NCBI GenBank assembly: GCA_028685755.1 | Contig: JAQUDJ010000009.1 | Span: forward strand, 36,549 to 49,673 | Source: Eubacteriales bacterium | GTDB lineage: Bacteria > Bacillota > Clostridia > Saccharofermentanales > UBA5734 | DNA length: 13,125 bases | Direction of reading: 5' to 3' | Part shown: piece by piece, positions 1 through 6,206 of the stretch | Layout: every line of letters begins with the position of its first letter | Position numbering within the stretch: the first letter of the stretch is position 1 | Translations under genes and position numbers: made by a program | The notes under the pieces: generated by a model | Seen by the model: only the letters and a program-made list of their open reading frames with translations | The model's database searches: none | What the model was told of the DNA's origin: nothing

Positions 1-24
1 GTCTTGATGGAGCGAACAGCATAA

Positions 25-64
25 CCGGCCGCAACTTATCTAGTGGCCGGATTTTTTATTTTTT
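25..64 (+). terminator. Probable rho-independent terminator of an upstream gene that lies outside or at the edge of the window
   Basis: All-GC stem CCGGCC (25-30) pairs with GGCCGG (45-50). It can extend by g31-t44 and c32-g43. It is followed by ATTTTTTATTTTTT (51-64). An in-frame TAA at 22-24 could be the end of the upstream CDS. Confidence 0.55.
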
Positions 65-113
65 CGGCCATCTGCCAATAACACAATATTAAGATGTATG
101 GAGAAAGTTTATT

Positions 114-632
114 ATGAAAAATGTAAGATTAAGTCTCGCTCTTGTCCTTATAGCCCTACTCGTCGCCGGTATCGGTTCTGCTGCTTTAAGTGTCATTAGC
201 CTCGACCGATCAGTCGAAGCTGGCGTTGTCCGCTCAGATGTTGATGCGGATGTGGCTGTCCAATTTGCTGCCCTCGGCAGTTATGGCGACAATGGTTTTG
301 TCAGTGTAGATGCCACCACCGGTGAAATTGCCTTTGATTTGAAAAAGGCTGTTTCCAATTCAGCTAATGGCGGCTGGAACACCGATGCCCATTTTGTTGT
401 CGGCAGTGCTGCTAACGGTGTCTTTGAAGTCGCCAATAATTCGGACGTTGCAGTAAAAGTTTCTTTAACGGGCGCAACGGGTGGTTTGACTCTAAAAGAT
501 TCATCAGGTGCAGCGGCTGGCTCAAGCGTCATCGAAGCAGGTAGCGCAGACTCATTCTACTTTGATATTGCGACAGCCGGTGTCAACAAAGCGACTGCAA
601 TCGGCGGAACGCTTGCAGTGCGGAATGCCTAA
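114..632 (+). CDS. Small secreted protein; putative TasA/DUF1102-like fibre subunit and substrate of the adjacent SipW-type peptidase
   Basis: GGAGA at 100-104 lies 9 nt upstream of the ATG. The N-terminus has K/R residues, then a hydrophobic h-region (LALVLIALLVAGIG) and small residues SAA. A conserved LSVISLDRSVEAGVVRSD segment follows. The mature part is rich in A/G/V/S/D with no Cys and looks beta-rich. It sits immediately upstream of a SipW-type signal peptidase. Family assignment is inference from motif and context only. Confidence 0.7.
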   Translation: MKNVRLSLALVLIALLVAGIGSAALSVISLDRSVEAGVVRSDVDADVAVQFAALGSYGDNGFVSVDATTGEIAFDLKKAVSNSANGGWNTDAHFVVGSAANGVFEVANNSDVAVKVSLTGATGGLTLKDSSGAAAGSSVIEAGSADSFYFDIATAGVNKATAIGGTLAVRNA

Positions 633-658
633 TACATAGGATTTAATCAGGACAGCAT

Positions 659-1762
659 ATGAAGAACATCCTGACTGGCGTGCTCATTGGTTTGATCATC
701 ATCTTGGCCGGATTCGGCCTCGTGGCGGCGACCAATGGCACGCCTTTCTTGACTTATGTGTATTCGGACAGCATGTCCCCCTTGATTGATGTCAACGATG
801 CTTTTTTAATCTGGCCAACAGGTCATTACGAAATCGGCGATGTCATCACCTATCGACCCAAGACATTACCTGCAACGTATATCACGCATCGAATTGTCGG
901 AAAGAATGAACGCGGCTTTCTGACTCAAGGCGATCATGCTCCTTATCAAGACCAACGTGTCGGGGAACCGCCGATCAGCGATGCGCAAATTGCCGGCGAA
1001 GTACTTTCTTTATATGGCCAACCACTAATTATTCCGCAATTAGGCACCCTCGCCGCAGGGATTGGTCAAGGTCTTGGCCCTTCGTCATCGTGGGTTGCGA
1101 TACTCCTCATCGCCGCGGGGATCATCAGCCTGATTTGGAATCGAATCATACCCTCTAAAAAGAAAAAAACGCGACTGCGCTGGCGCTTGCGCCATCTTTA
1201 CCGTCTGGTTGGCGTGATTGCAACGGTGTTAATTTTGACTAGCGTATTGGTTCTTTCTCAGGTGACTCAAGTTCGTTATCTAGTCAGTGAAAAGCCCAGT
1301 CAAGTTGTCAATCGCGTCCTGTTGAATCACCCGGGCGAACTTTCAATGACCGTGCGCAACCAGGGACTCTGGCCAGTGTGGCTCGAAGTTGCTGGAACGG
1401 GTGACACCGTTGCGACAAAAGCGAGCCGGATTGTCTGGCCGTACCAAGAGACAAAGGTCACGTTAATGGTTCCTGCTGAATCATCGACTGGCTGGTACCA
1501 ACGCTATCTACACATCAATCAATACCCGATACTTTTCCCAGAGGGGATACTCCGTTTGTTTTACCAGTTTTCGCCGGTCGCAGCATTAGTGGCCACCCTT
1601 GCAGCTTTCTGGCTCTGGTATCGAGCTTGGATCGGCTTAATCAGTCGCATTCACGGCCTTGAAGGCTGGATACCACTGAAAACCTTCCGCGATAAAATAG
1701 CGGCTCGACGTTGGCGTAATCTTCGCCGTCGGCTGATCAGCAAAAAGGAGCGTACGCTATAA
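659..1762 (+). CDS. Signal peptidase I, SipW/ER/archaeal type (S26B-like), with a ~200-aa C-terminal extension (two extra TM helices plus an ecto domain)
   Basis: There is an N-terminal TM helix. SDSMSP carries the candidate catalytic Ser (S38, nt 770-772). ITHRIV carries the candidate catalytic His (H77, nt 887-889), which is the Ser/His type rather than the Ser/Lys LepB type. TQGDHAPYQD resembles the conserved GDxN...D box. A second TM spans aa ~143-164. A poly-basic loop (KKKKTRLRWRLRHLYR) follows, then TM3, a ~100-aa predicted extracytoplasmic segment, TM4 and a basic tail. AGGA at 649-652 is the RBS. Confidence 0.85.
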   Translation: MKNILTGVLIGLIIILAGFGLVAATNGTPFLTYVYSDSMSPLIDVNDAFLIWPTGHYEIGDVITYRPKTLPATYITHRIVGKNERGFLTQGDHAPYQDQRVGEPPISDAQIAGEVLSLYGQPLIIPQLGTLAAGIGQGLGPSSSWVAILLIAAGIISLIWNRIIPSKKKKTRLRWRLRHLYRLVGVIATVLILTSVLVLSQVTQVRYLVSEKPSQVVNRVLLNHPGELSMTVRNQGLWPVWLEVAGTGDTVATKASRIVWPYQETKVTLMVPAESSTGWYQRYLHINQYPILFPEGILRLFYQFSPVAALVATLAAFWLWYRAWIGLISRIHGLEGWIPLKTFRDKIAARRWRNLRRRLISKKERTL

Positions 1763-2298
1763 TGCGTTTAAGAATCTCATTGATTTTGATCATATTAGGC
1801 CTCCTCGTCGCGCTTCTGCCATTGACGACAAGCGGTGCTATCAGCTTACTGACCGTTGACCGCTCGATTGGTGGCAACCTCACGCTTGCCGATTTACCGG
1901 GTCTAGTCGAATTACAAAACTTCGACAATCAGACATATCAGCTCACGAGTAGTTACAAAACGGTCGGGACTATAATTAACAACGCATCCCAAACCATGAA
2001 AATTAAAATGACGACAACGCTTGACGACAGTCAGATTACCAACACAAAATGGCAAATCAATGTGCGCGCAAACGGCGGCACCGCATTAACCTTTTCGCGA
2101 AGTGATAATTTGACCCAAACCACTAAGGAATTTCAAATCACTGCTGGATCCTCAAAAAGGATTGAAGCCAAAGAGAATTCAAGTGTTAATGGACAGTCTA
2201 TCGCTACCTATTCCTTTGCGATCATCAGTGCAGATGGTACTTATACCCAGACCTTAGCGGATAGTTCTAGCAATCCAATCCGACATATATTTAAATAA
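1762..2298 (+). CDS. Second small secreted protein, N-terminally paralogous to 114-632; putative minor, initiator or anchor subunit
   Basis: The ATG overlaps the peptidase TAA (TAATG at 1760-1764). AGGAG lies at 1746-1750. The signal peptide is MRLRISLILIILGLLVALLPLTTSGA, followed by ISLLTVDRSIGGNLTLAD, which aligns with the post-signal segment of the first ORF. The mature part is rich in T/S/N/Q and has no Cys. Confidence 0.7.
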   Translation: MRLRISLILIILGLLVALLPLTTSGAISLLTVDRSIGGNLTLADLPGLVELQNFDNQTYQLTSSYKTVGTIINNASQTMKIKMTTTLDDSQITNTKWQINVRANGGTALTFSRSDNLTQTTKEFQITAGSSKRIEAKENSSVNGQSIATYSFAIISADGTYTQTLADSSSNPIRHIFK

Positions 2299-2359
2299 AA
2301 CAAATAAATGAATCACAATTTGTCATTGCAGAAATTGGTCATAACAGAAGAGGAAGTGC

Positions 2360-3862
2360 ATGAAAATCATGAAGACAAAACAAATCATTCAAAAATCAAG
2401 GACGGGCTTGATTCTAATCTTACTTATTGCGAGTTTGCTTTGGACTGGCTTCATGAATTTCCCCACAAATCCGACCGCACTTGAATCAACCGTCCCAGCG
2501 GATGAAATTCTGACCTACGCACCTGAATACGACATTCAAGCAGGGCGGTCATTAATGATTTGGAAACAGGGAACCAGCTTGGAGCAGGGGCGCACGGCAT
2601 ATTTCTATGCGGCCGATCCAATTCTCACCCTAACACCTTCTTTTTCATTGACAGGCCAGGTTGCGAGTGAGTTGTCTGGAACGGTCCAAATACAAACATA
2701 TTTGCAGGCTGTTGATGACAACCATCAGCTCTATTGGAGCTATCCGCTAATCAATTCGGTTGCGCAACCTGTTAAACTGACTCATGCAATCGAAGGCCAA
2801 AACGATTTGCTTCAATTATCGGCCCGACCTTTTGCGATTCGGGTAAGCCAAGCCTTTGCCCAATTACAAGCTATCAACACCGAGCTTGACCTGACCAATG
2901 CCAATTTCGAGCTCGTTGTGCGGTCTTTTGTGAATCTGGATGGGCAATCCGATGGTCAGGTTATCGCCAAGCAGTTTATCAATGAATTGCCGATTTCCTT
3001 ACAAACGATTGGCTTTACACTACCTAAAACAGCAGATAATTTGTCGCAAATTATCCTGAAAAGCGCGCCGGTCAAGCCAACTGGATTAGCAGCTTGGACC
3101 ACCACCCCGGAAAAAATCGCTGCGCTCTTCTTAGATGGTCTATTGCTGGCGGCACTCATCTTATCGATGGTCATCAACCGGCCACGTCAGAAGGACCGGG
3201 CATTAGATCATCAGAAATTTCGAGAATGGATTACGGAGGGCAGTGTCAGTCTGCATAACAGCTCGCCGATCCAAGTCAATTCCTTAGAAGGCCTTGTTGA
3301 CTTAGCGATTGATCTCGACAAACGCGTGTTATACGACCCATCACGCCAAAAATATTTTGTCCCAGATGAAGGGATGCTCTATCTATATGACCCAAATCAG
3401 CTCAATCCATCACAGATCAAGCGCACACAACTCGGGCGGCTCCTGCTCGATGCAGGTGTTATCAGCCGTGAGCAGCTTGAGACGGCACTGTTTTATCATC
3501 AGCGGTTAAATGTACCGTTAGGTGAATCACTGATTGCATTGGGCTTTATCGAAGAAAAAAACCTGTACCAAACGTTGGCTGCCCAGGCCAAACTGCTGTA
3601 TCTCGACGCCGAGCCAGAAGATTTCCGGGTCGATACTGACGCGCTGGCGCGTCTTACAGTCAAGCAGGCGCAAATCTTACGTGTCTTGCCACTTCAACGG
3701 CAACAAGACGAAAAATTACGACTGATTTGCAGTGATCCCGGGCGCATCAAAATAAAAAATGCCCTTGAAGAAATTATCGAATCTGAAATTGAACTCGTAA
3801 TTGTCAATCCATCTGTTTTGCAGGTGGCACTCGATAAAATAAATGCCAAAACCCAAAGCTAA
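2360..3862 (+). CDS. Bitopic membrane protein: N-terminal TM, ~215-aa ectodomain, second TM, and a cytoplasmic T2SSE_N/MshEN-like domain
   Basis: GAGGA at 2350-2354 lies 5 nt before the ATG. TM1 is aa ~15-35 and TM2 is aa ~252-272 (IAALFLDGLLLAALILSMVIN), followed by RPRQKDR (positive-inside). The C-terminal ~140 aa matches the GspE/MshE N-terminal domain pattern: tandem LGxxLLxxG..L...L..Q motifs, then LPLQRQQDEKLRLICSDP, resembling the usual 'lPl...g..l.va.sdP'. The N-terminal two-TM module resembles, from memory, the DUF5305 family often found beside SipW-type peptidases; this is unverified. Confidence 0.8.
   Translation: MKIMKTKQIIQKSRTGLILILLIASLLWTGFMNFPTNPTALESTVPADEILTYAPEYDIQAGRSLMIWKQGTSLEQGRTAYFYAADPILTLTPSFSLTGQVASELSGTVQIQTYLQAVDDNHQLYWSYPLINSVAQPVKLTHAIEGQNDLLQLSARPFAIRVSQAFAQLQAINTELDLTNANFELVVRSFVNLDGQSDGQVIAKQFINELPISLQTIGFTLPKTADNLSQIILKSAPVKPTGLAAWTTTPEKIAALFLDGLLLAALILSMVINRPRQKDRALDHQKFREWITEGSVSLHNSSPIQVNSLEGLVDLAIDLDKRVLYDPSRQKYFVPDEGMLYLYDPNQLNPSQIKRTQLGRLLLDAGVISREQLETALFYHQRLNVPLGESLIALGFIEEKNLYQTLAAQAKLLYLDAEPEDFRVDTDALARLTVKQAQILRVLPLQRQQDEKLRLICSDPGRIKIKNALEEIIESEIELVIVNPSVLQVALDKINAKTQS
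3428..3586 (+). other. Tandem MshEN-type 24-aa motifs with a 5-aa spacer (candidate c-di-GMP binding site) inside CDS 2360-3862
   Basis: Motif 1 (aa 357-380) is QLGRLLLDAGVISREQLETALFYH. The spacer is QRLNV. Motif 2 (aa 386-409) is PLGESLIALGFIEEKNLYQTLAAQ. The published consensus is RLGxx[LVI][LVI]xxG[LVI][LVI]xxxxLxxxLxxQ. Deviations: the leading Arg is Gln in motif 1 and Pro in motif 2; the final Q of motif 1 is H; and one F sits at an LVI position. Confidence 0.65.
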
Positions 3863-5055
3863 TCTACTTCGACTTCAACGGGAATACTTGGGATTGGCAC
3901 GAGAATATCAACGTCAGCAGCGTAATCAACACCAGGCATTTGGAAACCAAACATCTGGTAAAAATCTTCCCAATAGCCGGTGATGTCGCAGTATTCTGTG
4001 ACATTTTCGGTTCTTACATTCGGCCAGATGTTATCAACTGCCTGTTGAATGGCAGGCTCCATTTCCCAGTCATCGACGCGGAGTCGGCCGGCTTCATCCA
4101 CGATCGGATTTTCAACAAACAACTTATCCTGATAAAGGCGAGCAATTTGTTCAATGCAGCCCTCGTGTGTTCCGGCGGCTTTCATAACCTTGTACAGAAT
4201 TGAAATATAAAGCGGGACAACCGGAATGGCGGCACTCGCTTGAGTCACAAGGGCCTTGTTCACGGAAATATATGCGGTGACATGTTGCATGTCACGGGTC
4301 ATTTTTTGCGCAGTCGCATGAAGGTGTTCTTTGGCGCGGCCAATCGAACCCTTGAGGTAGATCGGATGCGTCAGTTCTGGTCCAAGGTAGGAGTAGGCCA
4401 TGGTTACTGTGTGATCAGCCAAACAACCAGCTTGATCAAGGGCAACAACCCAATCCTGCCAATCTTCACCCCCCATGACTTTCACAGTAGCTTCGATTTC
4501 TTCAGGAGACGCCGCGGAAATGCTGACCATCGAAATGGAGTTATCCTTGAGATCGATTGAACGATTGGTATATTCACCATCCGTTGATTTGAGTACCGAA
4601 TTGTAAATCGTACCGTCAGCCATCGTCCGCCGAGGGGAAGCCAAGCTATAGACGATTAGGTCTACTTGACCGAGATCTTGCTTGATCAGATTGATCACTT
4701 GATCTTTGACTTCTTGGGAGAACGCATCGCCATTGATTGTTTTGGCGTAAAGGCCTTCTTGGTTGGCGCGTTGTTCAAATGCTGCTGAATTATACCAGCC
4801 AGCAGATGCTGTACGATTACCAGAGGCCGGTTTATCAAAGATAACGCCGATTGTTGCAGCGCCACAGGAAAAGGCGGAAGTAATGCGGGAGGCTAAACCA
4901 TAGCCAGTCGAAGCACCGAGGACGAGGACTTTTTTTGGGCCATCGACTTTAGGTTGCGCGAGAACATAATCGATCTGGCGGTTAACATTGGCGGCACAAC
5001 CGACCGGGTGTGCGGTGATGCAGATAAAGCCACGGGTTTTTGGTTCAACAATCAT
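3859..5055 (-). CDS. fabV: FabV-type enoyl-[acyl-carrier-protein] reductase / trans-2-enoyl-CoA reductase (NADH), Ter family
   Basis: The 398-aa protein starts MIVEPKTRGFICITAHPVGC, with the nucleotide-binding motif VLGASTGYGLASRI. The Y-x8-K catalytic spacing is present in IYLKGSIGRAKEHL. Length and both termini are typical of the FabV/Ter family. GGAGGA (plus-strand tcctcc at 5064-5069) lies 8 nt upstream of the ATG. Confidence 0.9.
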   Translation of the reverse strand: MIVEPKTRGFICITAHPVGCAANVNRQIDYVLAQPKVDGPKKVLVLGASTGYGLASRITSAFSCGAATIGVIFDKPASGNRTASAGWYNSAAFEQRANQEGLYAKTINGDAFSQEVKDQVINLIKQDLGQVDLIVYSLASPRRTMADGTIYNSVLKSTDGEYTNRSIDLKDNSISMVSISAASPEEIEATVKVMGGEDWQDWVVALDQAGCLADHTVTMAYSYLGPELTHPIYLKGSIGRAKEHLHATAQKMTRDMQHVTAYISVNKALVTQASAAIPVVPLYISILYKVMKAAGTHEGCIEQIARLYQDKLFVENPIVDEAGRLRVDDWEMEPAIQQAVDNIWPNVRTENVTEYCDITGYWEDFYQMFGFQMPGVDYAADVDILVPIPSIPVEVEVD

Positions 5056-5084
5056 CTGGAATGTCCTCCATTAATCTCCACACT

Positions 5085-5112
5085 ATAATAACAAAAAGTC
5101 CTGCTTTGACAA
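5085..5112 (-). promoter_or_regulatory. Candidate sigma-A-type promoter for fabV
   Basis: On the minus strand, -35 TTGTCA is at plus 5107-5112, followed by a 16-nt spacer and -10 TATTAT at plus 5085-5090. This leaves a short leader containing the GGAGGA RBS. The call rests on motifs only. Confidence 0.35.
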
Positions 5113-5128
5113 GTTCAGAGCCCTGTTG

Positions 5129-5137
5129 TGCTAAAAT
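5129..5137 (+). promoter_or_regulatory. Candidate extended -10 element (TGcTAAAAT) for the ABC operon
   Basis: TG at 5129-5130 is followed by c and then TAAAAT at 5132-5137. The TTGACA at 5106-5111 is 20 nt upstream, too far for a canonical -35. If real, this promoter would depend on the extended -10. The leader to the ATG at 5247 would be about 100 nt. Confidence 0.3.
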
Positions 5138-5246
5138 TAACTTAATTCACGGAACTTTCAGGTGATTATTGACGTCTATCTAAACAATCAACGTTCATGA
5201 CACCTGCGGATTTTCAAAGTATGCCGATCGGAGTCCTACTGACACC

Positions 5247-6206
5247 ATGACTAGGCGCAACCCATTGCGAAACCTGCCAGCTTTAGCCAAAGGTAAATTA
5301 TCAGCACTTTGGATAATGCTCCGCGATAAACTGCGCCGCGATTGGCCTGCGGTTCTGTTTTTGACCCCCAGTATGATTGGCACCGGATTGTTTTTCTTTA
5401 TTCCCTTTATATTAGTCATCGGCTACTCGCTCGTTGATAATCCTGTCATGATGCGTTTTGTTTTTTTGCGCAACTATGTCGATCTCCTCACAAATCAGGC
5501 CTATTTACAGGCAGCAGGCAACACCTTGCTTTTTTCACTGATTAGCTTGCCACTTGTCGTGGTTATGTCCTTATTGCTCGCGATGCTGCTGAACGGAAAA
5601 CTCAAAGCCAAAAGTGCTTTGCGGTCACTTTTTCTATCGCCCCTGCTTGTGCCAGTAGCGTCGGTTGTGCTTGTTTGGCAAGTTGTGTTTAGTTATCATG
5701 GCGCTTTAAATTCAACACTATCCGGCTGGACGTGGCTCGTTGACTCGGGTTGGCTACCGGTCGATTGGCTCAAAAGCAGCAATGCGCGATACGTGATCAT
5801 TGGACTCTATTTGTGGAAAAATCTTGGCTATAACATGGTGCTTTTTCTCGCTGCATTAAACAATGTCCCGTCCCACTTAACTGATTCGGCGCGGGTCGAT
5901 GGCGCAACTGCTTGGCAACGTTTTATGAGCATAACGCTGCGATTCATCACGCCGACCTTGTTATTTACGACGATCATATCCTTTATCAACTCATTCAAAG
6001 TTTTCCGAGAAACTTATTTGTTAGCGGGTGATTACCCCTACGATGTGCTCTATATGCTCCAACATTTTATGAACAACATGTTCCGCTCACTCGATTATCA
6101 GAAATTATCCGCTGCGGCGATTGTCATGGCCCTTGTCATGATTGGGATCATAGGCGCTTTGTTTATCGTTGAAACCCGATCGGGCAAAGATCTGGAGGAC
6201 AACTGA
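5247..6206 (+). CDS. Carbohydrate (CUT1-type) ABC transporter permease, MalF/UgpA-like
   Basis: The N-terminus WPAVLFLTPSMIGTGLFFFIPF is typical of this family. There are six predicted TM segments. The EAA loop is DSARVDGATAWQRFMSITLRFITP. The start is uncertain because the weak GGAG lies 13 nt upstream; an internal Met at aa 24 is an alternative. Confidence 0.88.
   Translation: MTRRNPLRNLPALAKGKLSALWIMLRDKLRRDWPAVLFLTPSMIGTGLFFFIPFILVIGYSLVDNPVMMRFVFLRNYVDLLTNQAYLQAAGNTLLFSLISLPLVVVMSLLLAMLLNGKLKAKSALRSLFLSPLLVPVASVVLVWQVVFSYHGALNSTLSGWTWLVDSGWLPVDWLKSSNARYVIIGLYLWKNLGYNMVLFLAALNNVPSHLTDSARVDGATAWQRFMSITLRFITPTLLFTTIISFINSFKVFRETYLLAGDYPYDVLYMLQHFMNNMFRSLDYQKLSAAAIVMALVMIGIIGALFIVETRSGKDLEDN

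Noticed and set aside
65-113. A possible promoter or c-di-GMP riboswitch upstream of the first fibre-subunit gene.
   Set aside because: Only ~50 nt separate the upstream terminator from the ATG, which is too short for a c-di-GMP-I/II aptamer. The -10-like hexamers (TATTAA at 87-92, TAAGAT at 90-95) have no acceptable -35 at 16-18 nt. I cannot support a promoter call from sequence alone.
1762-2298. Five N-x-S/T sequons (NLT, NQT, NAS, NLT, NSS) in the second small secreted protein, which could hint at N-glycosylation.
   Set aside because: The protein is rich in Asn and Ser/Thr overall, so about this many sequons are expected by chance. The first subunit has essentially none, and all other evidence points to a bacterium with no linked oligosaccharyltransferase.
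5140-5246. A search for a CcpA cre box or LacI-type palindrome in the leader of the sugar ABC operon (for example around tcaacgttcatga).
   Set aside because: Only short 6-bp palindromes (AACGTT, TCATGA) are present. No 14-bp match to TGWNANCGNTNWCA could be aligned.
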